A stretch of DNA of 64,000 nucleotides from assembly GCA_030141605.1 (NCBI GenBank), contig JAQGDQ010000065.1, positions 310,001 to 374,000 on the forward strand. The letters are read 5' to 3'. Every line of letters starts with the position of its first letter. Within the stretch, counting starts at the first letter, position 1. Shown here one piece after another: positions 37,301 to 51,350 of this stretch. Made by a program: the position numbers and the translations under genes. Under the pieces are notes generated by a model. It worked only from the letters and a program-made list of their open reading frames with translations, searched no databases and was not told the DNA's origin. This stretch comes from Tubiluchus corallicola. Its lineage: Eukaryota; Animalia; Priapulida.

Positions 37301-40300
37301 CCAATTAAATATGAAACTTGGCTGATGTTCATCACTTGCTACAGAGCGTAACAGCATTTGCTACACACTATTATTTAACATTGCTTCACGATTCCTAACA
37401 AGTAAAATGTAGCTAGCAAACCAAAGTGTTACTGACTAAAATGTATCAGCTTAAACTGCAACAGTCTTAAGAGCATGGGGAAAATTGCCAATCTGTACAC
37501 AATACTAAATGAACATGCACCTGATATTGTTTTTGCTTGTGAGTCAAAACTTGATGCAAATCACTGTAATTATTTTGCCTTCCCAACCAATTACAACATT
37601 ATACACAAAGGTAGAAACTAATCTGGAAGAGGTGTTTCATGGCATATGAACCCCTTCCATAGTTCCATGAACATCTCCCATGACCTATTGCACCACAGGA
37701 GAGACATCACTTTACCAACTTATATTACTCCAGCGATTCAAGCTATTCAGGTATAATAACAAATTCGTACAAGAGCAAGCAGCAAGCAAGAGTTAACATT
37801 TGCTTAAACTCATTCTCCACCATGACAATATGCTTGTGGAACAAACTCCCACCAGACATCTGAGCAACCACATCCAGAGACTCCATCAGAGCACTAGCAT
37901 CCTCAGATGTTGCTACCATAAGGGTACCACCTCACCTTACCTGTCTGTAAACAAGCCTGTACCTGCACTATGTTTACACACCTAATTGTAACCTTTAATA
38001 CCATCATCAATTAGCGAGTTGTTTTTCTTTGAATTCTTACTAATCTTGCTCACCACAAACTTCTAGTGTGTTGTAAAAGACTTTCATTTAATATTTTGTT
38101 CAAGACTTCAAGTATAGAGATAGGGTATGCTTACTTCACATGCAAATTCACGAATATTACAAAAATGTTAAATTTTGTGAAATATTAGTATTATAAAATT
38201 AACCAAGTAGACCTCTGTTCCCACGAAGAAGTATGATTGTACGACTAACATTTGTTTATTTATTATTTATTTTGCCACACACATAGAGACATCAATTATT
38301 GTACACAACCAAAAATGCAACTAAAAAAGTAATTAGTTCTAATCACTCAAATTGGTAAGTTGTTTTTAATAACAATTTCTCAACTCAGTGTAATAAAGTT
38401 ATTAATTTTAGTATACAAGGTACCTGTACACTGCAGCAGTCAGCATTATCAGCCCAGATATTTCTGTAGATGTACACAAACATCTCCTGATTGTCCAAAC
38501 TTTGCCCCTGAAGAAGTATGCCCAATCTAGAAGAAAAATACAAAAGAAACTTAAAACATTGATAAGAAACGTGACATATACAATGCTTCAATAATATATT
38601 TATAGTCACTGTGGTTAGACATTTGAGTGTAACAAAAAAAACTCTAAAATCTTTCTGAAATTTAGTTTACATAATAAATGCTGGATAGTTAGAAATGAGT
38701 ACGTGGTCTCTGATGAAGGATTTTTAAAATCTCAAAGCTTGGTTTTAAAGAATCTGATTGGATTTTACAACAGACTTTGGGAAGTTTCTGTTGTACGTAA
38801 TGTTTATTAAATCGGAAAATAAAGCTACAAAAACGCACACACTAGCAAGCAAGAACATAATACTTTACCATGGCATACAGAACAAAAACAACATCAATAT
38901 GATATAATGGTTCAAGGTAACATGATAACTAAAATAAAAAGGAGTCATTTAGTTGTGTAATCTCTAACCGATATTTTTACATTATCAAACATGTTTAAAA
39001 ACCATCCACAGTAAGTATTAAATGTACAGTATTAAATTAAATTATTAACAGGAGCAAACTTAAAAATCAATATAACATTAATCAACTAACCGTGAATGGG
39101 AAAACAATTAACATGCCTTGGGGAATGGCTAATCTACTGAATGAAACATATATAAACATGGATAAATTTTCAGGCCCAACTCAAAATAAAAAGTGCTCAG
39201 AGCTTTTTGGAAACATTAAACTAAGCCCACACATCTTCAACTTTACAAACACCACAATCACAGAGACAATTAATGTAATGCGATCTTTAAATGCCAATAT
39301 ATCTAAATGTCCCTCCAACATTCAAATTCATATATTTAAGATAGCTGCTGCAGAAATAGCACTCCACATAACATATATTACTAGTCAAATAATGTTAAGA
39401 TTACATTTTCCCACCATAAGTAAATTAGCTCATGTATCACCTGTTTATAAAAAAGATAGTAAAATGATCCACAAAATTATAGGCCAGTATTCGTTACCCA
39501 CTGCTTAGATAAAATATTTGAATAACTTTTGTACAACCAAATAAATGACTATTTAGACAAATATGAACTCCTACATAAACATCAACATGATTTTAGAAAA
39601 GTTAATGCCACAGAGCATAGAGGTCAAAACTAGATAAGCGGGAGTTTGTGGATCTAAGCAAACTGTTTGAAAGCTTAGATCACGAGTTGCTAATTGACAA
39701 ACTCAAACAAATAAGCCCTGACAAACATTCTCAAGAATTGATTAAGAACTATTTGCAAATAAAACTTAACTCAAACACTTTTTCAGATTGGGCAACAATT
39801 AAGAAATGTGTCCCACAAGGAACTATCTTACGCCCATTATTATTTTGCCTCTATGTAAACGACATATGTAAAATGTTGGATGATAGTACCATTACACAAT
39901 ATGTTGATGATAGGCCTACCAGCTTACCTTCGTCAAACATTTTAGAAATATTAGCCATTGAAAACATTAAAAAGCATAAAAAACATTAACATTAAACAAG
40001 CACTTGGCTACCATAAACTCATGATGTTGAGAACACGAATAAATTCTGCACAGTGCTTTCGGCACTACGTCGAGAATAAGAATAAAGTCTGGTATTATGT
40101 CGAGAACAAGGAATTTCTTTAGGTTCCTAGATCTCACTTATTTCGAGTTTAGCTCAGAAAAGGTGGGAGAGTTGATGTATCAAGCTGAATGTTTTATTTA
40201 AAGGCTGTTCTCGAAAGGTTTCTTATTAATATTTGTTGTCCACTTCTGTGTTTCCGGTATATATTGTAAATGAACGAAAAAAAGTGAATTCATGATATTA

Positions 40301-43300
40301 AAGCCTTACCAGTGAGCAGCTAACAATATTAATAATACCAGTACTAATGACGTGGACAACAGGCACAAAATCAGTGTTAATGGAAAAATTATTACTAAAA
40401 AACAAGTGTAAAATTTTTAGGAGTCACTGTTAACAATAAATTAAAATGGGGTAAACAGTTTGAAATAGTACAGAGTAAAATAGCAACAAGTATAAGCTAT
40501 CTGAGAAAAGTCAAAGGCCAACTAGACTTCAATAGAAAACTGTTTATTTACAAAACATTTGTTTTGCAACAGTACACTTTTTTGCACTTATGCTTGCATA
40601 CCATATGACAATGCTGATGCAGTTCACCTAAATAAAATAAATGCCCTCCAAAATTATGCATTAAGACTAGTCACAGGAAGTAACAATAAAACAGCAAACA
40701 GAAATCTCAAAAAAGTAGAAAAAAGTCAGTTAATTAGAGAAAAACTAAACATGCCAATTAGTCAATCATATACACAATTTTGCTCCTTGGTGTTACTGTA
40801 CAAATATATGCACAATACTAGTGTACTGCTCGAAACCAGCGGAATTCCTATACTTACTACAGCCAACAAAAACACCAGAACTATGAACATAAAACAACGG
40901 TTAACAAATAACAAATATGGCCATGAAAGCATATTTAAAACTGCCATAAGTATGTGGAATAATCAGACACTACAGGATAAATTATCACCTACACTAGTAA
41001 ACTATAAGAAAATATTAAAATGCACTACACTAAAAAAATTCATAATGCCCGCCAATCGACGCGATTTCAACAAATCACCAAATATGGAGTAAATTTTCAC
41101 AAAACCGTAAATAATCTTTTACATTCAGTCTTTATTATCCAGCGACTAGACTTGATTTCTGATTATGTTCTTTACATGTTTATGCTCTACACAGTATGTG
41201 TTTTTGATTATGTTAAATATTGTCTTAGAATAGTTTGATGCTAATGCTAACTATCAGCCCAGTCATAATTGTGAAAGACTGATATGCTGCTTCCATCCAT
41301 GGATGCATCATACAATTACATACATTGTACCCCTGTACATGTATTGTTTTAATGTTGGTTAATAAAGGTTTTATCTATCTATCTATCTATCTATGTATAA
41401 CTTAGCCTGTAAACAGCCTCCATTGCTAACAACTTTCCTATTGGCCACGCATGATGCGGTAGTACCATGTTGCCTCACAATATAAGCCCATAAACATATC
41501 CAGTGCTCCCCTATTATTATCAGTTGCTACAGCAGCACAAATTCATGCATGGATACTTAAATGTCTGTCTGTAAAAACGATTTTTGTCTGTAATAATGAC
41601 ACCGATTTATACTTAATTACAAGAAACTACTTTAGCTTGTCCATGTAACATTGGAAAAAACACCAGGTTTAAAGTATTATACAAACTGGAAATTGGAGAT
41701 GCTGCATTTAATTTAATTTATTGAATATTTTAATGCATTTTCCATGATGATCAAATGCATCTTACAAACAAAAGTTCATCAGAATTACTAAAAATATATA
41801 AGAATTCATATGATATTTAAGACAATGGCATACTGATTGATTAAAAGTACATTGAATATGACAAAAAAGGAAAAATAATAAAAGCACAGAAAATTTAGTA
41901 AAATAATAAAAGCAATGCAATAAAACATACACAATCATAAAAAATACAAGATTAGCTCAACCACAGAAGGCTTCATTAAAATAGTAAGTTTTAAGACTTT
42001 TTTTAAAATTATTAATTAACTTGATCGGGGTAATTGTAAAGGTAACGAATTCCACAATTTGGGGGCAGCAGAAGTGAATGATTTATCACCGCATGTGACT
42101 AGTCTGGTACGTGGGACTTAAGATTACTTCTGTTTGAGCCAGATCTTAATGCTCTGCGAGGGACATATAGTTTAACAACTATAGTTTTACATATAGATAT
42201 GTAAGTAGGAGCCAGATCAGTGATTGCTTTGTAAGTTATCAAATTTATTTTAAATTTAATTCTGTACTCAAAAGGCAACCAGTGTAGTTCTCTGAGTACT
42301 GGAGAGATATAGTCAAATTTCCGACAGTGAGTGATTAACCTAGCAGCTGAATTGTGTACGCGTTGAAGCTTTTGAATTTGGTAGAGTGGAAGACCATATA
42401 ATAAACTATTGCAGTAACCCAGTCGTGAACTAACAAAAGCATGCACTACGATTTCACAAGTATCTTTCGTGAGATATGTTCTAATTTTTGATATATTTCA
42501 CAGATAAAAATATGAAGAGTTGCAAACACGTTAACGTGAAGGCTATTGATAGACAATCGTCCAAAATTACACAAAGGTTCCTAACTCTACTAGATACCTT
42601 GATATGATTATTGCCAACCACAATGGAGAATTCACTAATTTTTGAAAGTTGATGGTGAGTTCCAAAAATAATCATATAAGTTTTGTTATCATTTAGTTTT
42701 AGAAAATTAATTGACATCCAAACATGAATTTCAGATACACTGTTTTCCAGAATTTCCCGTGATGAGTTACAATCATCCGCATTGCTGGTTTCTATTGCAA
42801 GATATAACTGAGTGTCGTCTGCATAAAAATGGAATACATCAAGACGCAATAATGTTAATTGCTATCATTAATAAAGAATCCAAATCCTAATATCTTTATC
42901 AGTAAAAATTGTAGAAGTTCAGGTTGCACAATAATGTCACATAATCTCATTTTGTTTTATTGGGTTATTGGGAAAATTAAAAAGCAATTTAAATATATAT
43001 ATATACATACACACACGCACGCACCCACATACATATATACATATGTGAACTTTATTTATTTTAAGTGGATTAACATACAGTAATATTACTGACATGTGTA
43101 CAGAATTTAAGTGGCTGTCATAATAAAAATCACCTTGTCAGTTGATCCTGAAGGCTGCGTCGAGCTATAAGACTCTGCACCACATTTGTCCGGTCCAAAC
43201 AATCGATACAATTAGTGCGAAAAACCCCTTCCTGCATTTCCATGCCCTATAAAGAAGTAACTATCAAACATCAATTACAATGTGCCTGTTCAATACAGTT

Positions 43301-45418
43301 TATTTTCGAAACTTATAGTAAACATATCCAGTAGGCTACAGCAGCACATGAAGTAATATAGGGAAAGCCACGATTATTAGCAAAATGTGGAACAATTGTC
43401 TATGAATTTCAAACCAATGTGATTGTAAGTGTTTATTTATCAAATTACATTTTTTATATATATGCCACAATACTACAAACCGTGGTTTACTGAAATTATT
43501 ATAAAAGCTTGATATAATGAAGTTAGCAATAATGTACATTTGTCACGATCATATTCACGATATCTATGCAAATAACACCAAGATATCCATAACAGTTAAT
43601 GGCAACATATCAGACTCACAAGTCAGATTTTTACACGAATAGATTGTTAAACACGAACAAATGTCGAATATTTCATTTCAAAGTAACATCATAAATATCC
43701 AAAATACTGGCAAGTCCAAATGTTTCAAATGCCGAACTATTGAAGCAAACATGTCAGTATGAGACAAATTTCCATGGCATTTTGATGTGCACTTTGAATG
43801 GCCTGAACTAAATGCATCAGCACCCAGACAAAACCTAAACCAGATCATTTTTGAAGAAGCCTGAACTGATCTCAAATGGCCTTTGGACTAAGCCTAGAAA
43901 GCAGATGTACGCCAATTTTTTTCCACCATATAAATCACATCTGTTAACATTTTTGTATTTTAGTAAAATGAAAAATATCTTAAAAAATGTATTCGACATG
44001 TTTTGTGAATATAAAGAAGTTTTAACACTCAGGTAGCAAGATGTGATTACAAAGTAAAGTATAAAGAAGTTTCAACAAATAATGAAAGAAAGTCAAAAAA
44101 AGAAACTTTTTCTGAACACTGAACCAAAGCAGAATTTTAAGTGATACATATTATCAGAACCGTGCAATTCTGCTCAGTCCTCCAAAATTAACAAAGTTTA
44201 TGCTAGTCCTAGTGGACTTGATAAGCAAGCTCTGAGATCTCTTTTGTTTAATTAGTCACTACCCTGCCACCAGCAAGTACTAATATTTCATACCAAACCG
44301 TTGCGAGAAATCATGAAGTAACCAAAATCTTTTTGATCCTTAGCGATCCTGTCCATTAGTATAGATAGACGGTCCCACCTCATTTTAGAGCATTCGTGGT
44401 GAAAGTCGAATGGTTCGTACTTGATGAAGCCACTGCCTATTTGTCGAACTGCACCCTGAAAAGCGACTCCAAGATGTCTCTCTGGTGGTTTCTGATCAAT
44501 TAGATCCAATAACACCTGCTTGCCATAATTAACAACTTGTGCATCCATGTGTCTATTATAGCTGTCTGCATTTGGCTGTGACACATCAACCTTTGGCAGA
44601 GGTTTGTATCTTAAATTTGGCCGTTGAGACCAGTATAATGGAATGGAACCGCGGGTTTGGACAAAAGAGCATATGTCACCACTGTAAACAACTATCTGCT
44701 CAGTTTCACAGAAATTTGCCACCTGTCCCTCTGAGTCAACGCCTCGCATATAATACCTTGTTCCTGCGCGATATATGCTACGACGTGTCATCAATGCCAG
44801 TGTGAAGGTCTTCTTATTTATTACCATAGTTTTAATGGAAACAAATCCCAGTATCACTGGCAGAGTGAATTGACTTAGTTCACTTTGTGCTGCAAAGTCA
44901 CGTAGCAAATGACTGTTCCACACAAATCTAGGATCGGCCCGTTCAAACAGCGACATCTGGCGAAATTCTGGACTCGTGTTATGCAAGCGTTGCATGGTGT
45001 GTGTTAAGTCATACGTGTAACTAAAATAGAAGTATGGCATTTGAAGGACAGTTTGTATCATTGTTAAATATGTTCTGTTGTCTTGATTTTGCTTTTCTGT
45101 TATGTGTAGAAATGTCCTTTTATATGAAAGTATGTCTGTCTCTTCAACACGGTAAATTGCATGTCCATTAATCTCGCCGCATTTTGTCTTCTTAGTAATG
45201 ACTACTAAATATGGACCTGCCAAAAGGTGAACTACTCCTAAGATTCCACATATTAAACGGCCTCCAACCTCTAGTGGAATGTCGACGGATGTTTGTACAA
45301 AAATGTTCTGACTCACTCGATCAATAACCAGCTTTTCCACACCATTATCTAATGGTTCAAATATAAATCTATCATGAGTGACATATAATCGGAGTTCTTC
45401 ATGGAACTGGGTTGCCAT
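30493..45418 (-). CDS. SACM1L: Phosphatidylinositol-4-phosphate phosphatase SAC1, spliced gene; exons 44294-45418, 43134-43246, 38424-38526, 36745-36862, 31102-31269, 30493-30629 (1764 nt, 587 aa)
   Basis: SAC domain motifs [30 protein letters not shown]; catalytic CX5R(T) motif [12 protein letters not shown]; [15 protein letters not shown]; two C-terminal hydrophobic segments; terminal KxKxx motif KQKIE. Confidence 0.97.
31102..31269 (-). CDS. SACM1L: SAC1 coding exon 5
   Basis: tttAG|[15 protein letters not shown]...[20 protein letters not shown]|GTAAGT. Confidence 0.94.
31400..35267 (+). mobile_element. CR1/L2-group LINE, near-complete ORF2 (APE-RT) with frameshifts and long 3'UTR, antisense in SAC1 intron 4
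   Basis: [63 protein letters not shown]; 3' stem GGGGTGGC..GCCACTCC (35137-35177), AATAAA and (TTGAA)-like tail. Confidence 0.9.
34249..34323. repeat. (AAT)n microsatellite
   Basis: About 25 units, with adjacent (TG/TA) mixed repeats. Confidence 0.95.
36745..36862 (-). CDS. SACM1L: SAC1 coding exon 4
   Basis: tttAG|[39 protein letters not shown]|GTAAGA. Confidence 0.95.
37420..37900 (+). mobile_element. Internally deleted LINE (APE N-terminus joined to ORF2 C-terminal remnant)
   Basis: [24 protein letters not shown] followed within ~200 bp by [16 protein letters not shown]. Confidence 0.55.
38424..38526 (-). CDS. SACM1L: SAC1 coding exon 3
   Basis: tctAG|[34 protein letters not shown]|GTACCT. 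Confidence 0.93.
38700..41394 (+). mobile_element. Decayed CR1/L2-group LINE, antisense in SAC1 intron 2
   Basis: [55 protein letters not shown]; tail AATAAA plus (TCTA)n at 41361-41394. Confidence 0.85.
41960..42855 (-). mobile_element. L2-clade LINE 3' half
   Basis: [65 protein letters not shown]. Confidence 0.9.
43134..43246 (-). CDS. SACM1L: SAC1 coding exon 2 (catalytic motif)
   Basis: tatAG|[37 protein letters not shown]|GTGATT. Confidence 0.95.
44294..45418 (-). CDS. SACM1L: SAC1 coding exon 1 (1125 nt)
   Basis: ORF 44288..45418; donor TTG|GTATGA at 44293; acceptor tttcAG 5 nt upstream of the ATG. Confidence 0.95.
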
Positions 45419-45559
45419 CTTAACTGAAAAAAATAAAAAAAGGAGTTGGCTATTTAGTTACAATGTCCTGTATGTACATTCCAAGATCAAATAGATCCAC
45501 CAAATAGCTAGGTCTCAGGGCAGAAGCTGCTAAAAGAAGAGGACATCATCTGAAGCTAT

Positions 45560-46070
45560 ATAAGACTAGAGCAAATAAATCAGTAAGTCTCTGCAGCTTT
45601 TCAAGCAGGATCATTAATGTGCGGAACAGTCTGCTAAAGGAAGTGGTATCTGCACCTAGTATAAATGAGGATTTGACATCTGACATATAAACAAGATTTG
45701 GCTAGAAGTTTTCACTCTGCCAAAACACCTAAGGGATGATTCACCTGTGTCATATTTACCTACATTCCACCAGTCAGGAGAGCAGACACCCTTGATGTTC
45801 TCACAAACAAACCTTGCACCACTTGTGCTGACTCAAGGAGGTTTAATTGCTAAAACTTTTTGAATGACCTTGTTATTGACATAAAGTAGATTTAAACTGA
45901 TTCATGACTTACACGATTTTAGCGAATCTACTGACAGAACTTTATAATTATTTTTGGGAGTTCCTTTCCTCCATTTTTGCAGTTCATGCCCATTTAGATT
46001 TTCTGTCAAAGCAAGCCCAACATTGGGCACCCATAGTTCATTTTAGTCTAGGTCACCCATTTTGCATACA
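45560..46070 (-). mobile_element. Highly decayed RTE-like RT relic
   Basis: Residual QGCLLS and GADTT motifs only. Confidence 0.3.
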
Positions 46071-46879
46071 TATGCCTGAATTATGTGACTTCAATTTCTC
46101 TGGCCTTTAAATAAACTAGCAAAATAATATAAAAGCACCGAGACTTTAAATGAATGAAATTTCTATTAATTTGTATTTAACAAAGTACAGTTTATACTTA
46201 CCCAAGTACGAAACCACATTTTCTTTTAACGTTGCACTTTTAAAGGTCTACAAAATTGTACATATTTTGTCAATGTCAATAATTCGCGTTCTTAAACTAA
46301 ATATGCGGAACCAGCCAAATTGGCTTCGATGTATGTTGTGCTATGATCCTAATGTACATCTCACATTAAAATGGTTTCAAGAAATATTAACCTTTGGCTG
46401 TTTCAGTTAGGTAAAAATATATGATTATTTTCTCAAGCAAAATATATATTTTATTTCAGGCAAAAATAGTTTTTATAACTTATTTTAATTGTTATCTAAG
46501 TTGCACCAAAATGGCTGCGGTTGGTATAAAAATATCCCCTTCTTACTTTTCGACATGTATCGTGTATCGAAATCTACTGTCAGTCACTGTTTTGTATGAT
46601 ATTATTTTTGTTTACAATAGGAAGGTGCAAAATTTTTGGTCATAGTTCACCCTTTGTACAGGTTGCTCTCTGTTTTTTAATGTTTTTTTCTTGATACGGG
46701 ATGACTGATATCGTAGTTTATAGGGCAGCTATCAGGCATTTTAATTTATTCTTGTTATCCCGTCATGTAAAAATTAAATCGTACGAGTCTCATTACACTC
46801 ATCCAGGTAGATCAAAGTTCATTTTAGCCAATTTTTCGTCGTGATGCTAAAATCAGTACATGGTGCAAGGAGGAGACAG

Positions 46880-49030
46880 TTTAACTGGAAATAAATGATA
46901 CCAGTTTGTGATCAATAATAAATTAACCCAACTAGTACGTGAACCCACCAGAATGACTGAAATATATTGTTCAATGTTCGATTTAGTTATCACTGACTTG
47001 CCCAGGCATTTCAGTGAATGTGTAAAACTTGCTACATTAGCAAATTGTGATCATTTTCCCATACTATGTCGAATGTCTTTAGAAATATCTCTACCTACAG
47101 CTCATAAAAGAAAGAATTACTATTACAATCAAGTTGACTGGCCAAATCTTTAAAATGATATCCTAAATTCAGACTGGAGCTTACTCTAAACGTTGCACAA
47201 CATCAACGAATGTTGCAAATATTTTACAAAGTAGCTTCAGTCATTAATGATGCTGTTCGTCCCTTCAAAAATAGTTACTGTGAGACGCAGGGCTAAGCCT
47301 TGGTTTGACACATGTTGTCGTAAATTGCGCAGGAAAAACATAGAAAGTGGTTAAAATATAAAAAAACATTCTAATGATTTCATGAGTGAAAATTTTAAGA
47401 AGTCATATTAATAAAGCTGGCCCTGAAAAAACATAAGTACTACGAAAAAATAGCAAATTGTTTGTTTGATACTACCAGTAAAATCTGGTGGAAACTTACA
47501 AAGTGTGTGCATGGAAAAAAGGATTGTGTTGGAGTTCCACCACTCAAAAAAGGGAATGAATTCAACTCTTGACAAAGATAAAACACCTATATTAAATAAG
47601 TTCTTCTGTGAGCAATCAATATAAATCCGGTACACGAATTGCCACAATTTTTCTGCAAAACTCATGCTTGTTTGCCAAATTTGACTGCATCACCTTCTGA
47701 GGTTCGTGATATCGTCTTAAGTCTTGATGTTTCCAAGGCTTCGGGGGACGACTGTATTAGTAAACTGAAAAATAACTACAAACCCATATCTCTCTTATCC
47801 TGCTCATCAAAAGTTCTCTAAAGAATAGTTTATAAAGACTTATGTAACTATCTTATAACACATAATCAACTATTAAGTTTTAGAAATTCTGGTTTTATAA
47901 TACAAGTATTTATATACGACTTTTTGCAGACAAGCACCTCTTTAACTGAAATTAAGGCTGATCCTATTATATGTGCCACGCACTTAAACTCGGATCTAAC
48001 AACAATACATCAGAAGACAGCTCGATGGAATGTCACATTCAATCCCGACAAAACTGAAGTTATTCTTTTCAGCCAAAAAAATACTCCGCCTGTTCAATGA
48101 ACATTTTATCTTAATATCATAGCTCTAAAAACAGTTAGCATTCATAAACATTTAGGCCTACACTTGCAATCAGATTTAAAATGGGACACCCATATGTCAT
48201 TCACTTCAAAAAGCTCACAAACATTTAGACGTACTAAATAAATTTTCATATTTAATACCGCAAATAGTTTTAGAAAACTTTACAAAAGTATGGTTCGTCC
48301 CATACTTGAACATGCCAATGTGATTTGGTGTAACATTCTATCATACGTTTCTAACTCACTTGAAAACGCCCAAAAATGTGCCGCCCATATTTTTGCTAAT
48401 GAGCCATGAAAGGCTCAAATACAATTGAATTACTGTACTACAATGGGTTCGATCCACTATCTAAACGACGATTTTTCCACAAGCTTTTAACATTTTACAA
48501 AATTCTAAACCACTTATATCCATCTTATCTGTATGAGTTACTACCACATTCTAATAGAGATTTAGCTGCTTATTACCTAAGAAATCATGACGATTTCTCT
48601 GTGTTTCAAACATATTGTCTTTATTTTCGTAACTCATTTTTTCTGTCTACGCTAGTTGTCTGGAATAACCTATCATAACATGTTAAGAATTCTTCAACCA
48701 TTAGTAGTTTTAGATGCAGCCTCTGTAACTTGCTTTGATTTGTTGAAACACCAAAGTATTTGACTTATGGTATTATTCCTGCATGTATTCATGTATTCAT
48801 CACACTCGTCTTTGAATAGGCTTTTCACAGTTAAACGAACATTTGAATGAGCATAATTGTAAAGATCAGAATGTCAATATTACGGATAAAAAATGTTTGT
48901 GTGGTTTTGTTACAGAATCAATTGTACACTTCATGCTCAAATGCTCTCTTTATAATTCAAGTAGACAGCAACTTGTACATAGCTTATCCTCCATGTTTCA
49001 AAATAACGTAATATCAATTAATGCGCTCAA
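46880..49030 (+). mobile_element. CR1-like LINE with internal deletions
   Basis: QLVREPTR..FDLVIT..CDHFPI, KPWFD, NYKPISLLS, WNVTFNPDKTE, HKHLGL, RNSFF..WNNL, CLCG..ESIVHFMLKC. Confidence 0.85.
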
Positions 49031-49039
49031 TTAAGACGC

Positions 49040-50380
49040 CGAGTCTTTAATTCTTCTTCTTTTAAACAGTAGTAATTTGTTACAAAGATAGAGAAAAGGG
49101 AAAGATAAGCAAAACAGAAAAGAGTTCAATAGAGACATATGATGTAAAGGCATTAAAATATGATCCATTAAATAAACTAACCAGTCACGGGATGTAATGC
49201 CACTATCGCAGTTCATAGTTAAACTCAAAAAATGCATTATAAATAGGATTTTAATAAGAGAGATTTCATATCTTTTAAAGTCATATAATGTTTGCTGTGT
49301 GGTAGTATGTGCTGATATTTTATGTATCATGTGATGACATGTGGGGGTAATAAACTGTGGTGTGTTTTATACATATAGATAGAAAAGTAGCAAGAAACTA
49401 AATCATCCAAACTTAAAATTCCAGAGTTATAAAAAATTATAGGTTCGATCGGAGCTTGTTTAGATAAATTATAAGTGATTCTCAAAATTTTACGTTGATA
49501 TCTGGCTAAGTAGTTTCAGTTTGCTGGATATGTTTTCCACCATACAACAGTAAGTTAAATAGGGTAATGTTAGACAGTTGTATAGTGTTATTTAGTGAAA
49601 TTTATGTAGTTCATTCTTAACAAGTGAAGTGATGCAAATATTTTTTGCAATTTTTGAACTTACATAATTAATATGAAGCCTCCAATTTAAATTTTCATTG
49701 GGCATAACGCCTAAAAATTTTACGGTTTGACTCTTTCAATAATTATGCTGTCAATATATAGGTCACAATTATCAGGCAGTTTTTCTATTTCTGGAATGGA
49801 AAATAACCATTTTGTTTTTGTGGGGTTTAATGAGAATATATTTGCCTTGAACCGGTCAGCAATTAATTTTAAAAGTTTATTTATTTCTGCAACTGAGTGA
49901 TAGCACAAGTCAAAAAACAAAGTAGTGTCATCAGCAATTGAAATAAGCAAATAATTTAGAAGCAAGCTTAGATCATTTGCTAAAATTAAAAATAATAATG
50001 GTCCTAGTATGGAGCCTTCAGTCACACTGCGTGTTATAGTTTGAGATTTAGAAAGACAGTTATTACATCTGACTACTTAGATTTTATTAGACAGATAATT
50101 TCAAAACCAGTTATAGACCAAACCTTGAACACCATAACGTGAGAGTTTATGAAGAAGAATTGAATGGTACATAGTGTAGACAAGTCACAAAATATGCCTG
50201 CAGCTAACGAGTTGTCTTCTATCGTTTTTTACAATTTGTTCACATACTCTAATTAGTGCTAACTCAGTGGAGAAGCCTTTTTGAAAGCCAAACTGATTAT
50301 CATTAAGAATATTATGACTAATTGTTATAACGGGTTAAGTAAACATCTCTCCAAAAGTTTAGAAAAGAATGGTGTGACAG
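49040..50380 (-). mobile_element. CR1-like RT fragment; upstream part resumes at ~51410-51790
   Basis: [52 protein letters not shown]; linker HFINVGPHLASK near 51580. Confidence 0.8.
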
Positions 50381-51029
50381 CCCTATACAATAGTGCTCTC
50401 ATTTTATCGTACTAATTAAATATCTACAACTAGGTTTGCTAAGTTAAGTGGAGTAGCGGCAATAAGTTTAATTTTGTATTACAAAGTGAAGTGCTTGTTT
50501 TGGTAATCTATATAATTGTTATCCCTCAGTCTAGCATAGTGCCATCTACTGTCAACTTTGTTTGCTAAAGGAAGAAATCAGGCACATGAACTTGGCGGGT
50601 ATGCTTTCTTACTTGGCAAGTTTGACCACCAATTCTGAGTGGAGATATATAGCACATTCACAGCTGCTACTCTTTTTTGACTTGTTTGATTGGTCAGATT
50701 TAGGTGACGAACCAACCTTTACAGTTTATGTTGCAACTCAGCTTACAGCAAATAGGTTTACCTGGAAAAACTAGGCCACAAAGCAGGGTGTGGAAAATGT
50801 GGTTTTGCAAAATGGTCGTTCTACTTGAGTTTTAACAATTCTTGATTTAAAGGATAATACCGCATTTATTAATGGCATTTCCTCAGCAGAAACAGAGTAC
50901 TTCTGCAATAGTTTTTCTTAGTTTTTGTGATCCTGGGCTGTCCGTCATTTAGGAAGCCCATAGAGATTTTGCTGTTTACAGTGGAGGAGACCAAGTCATT
51001 TAAATGGACTATTGGTGGCACTCAAAAGA

Positions 51030-51350
51030 CCAACCTGTGGTTAATCTTCCTGTCAGTGCCTTCAGATACTCTGGACTTCATACCCTGCATTCCTCAGTTG
51101 ATGGAGTTAATGTCACGCCTGATGTCATCTACCTGTCAGACCCTGAAGTTACCGTTTGGGGAGCCTGCCGTCAGACTGTTCCAGTACATGCTGCCATGTA
51201 CACAAAGACTCATGATCAGTACAGTTTATGGTGTTTTGTGGTACATTTAAAAATCCCAGGTAAAATTAAAGACAGACTGTTCCAGTACATGCTGCCATCG
51301 ACAGCGATGAGGTTAAGCTAGCAAGCCAACATGCGCACAGAGATTCGCAA
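51030..51350 (-). mobile_element. RTE-like LINE C-terminal fragment with local rearrangement
   Basis: RCRWQHVLEQSDGRLPKR and DDIRRD remnants resemble the RTE WxGHVxRxxDxRLPK...WxD motif. Confidence 0.5.

Noticed and set aside
44539-44805. Antisense ORF within SAC1 exon 1
   Set aside because: Shadow ORF of real coding sequence with no motif
50927-51321. Two overlapping ~105-aa plus-strand ORFs
   Set aside because: Antisense to an RTE-like fragment and inflated by the local duplication; no recognisable domain
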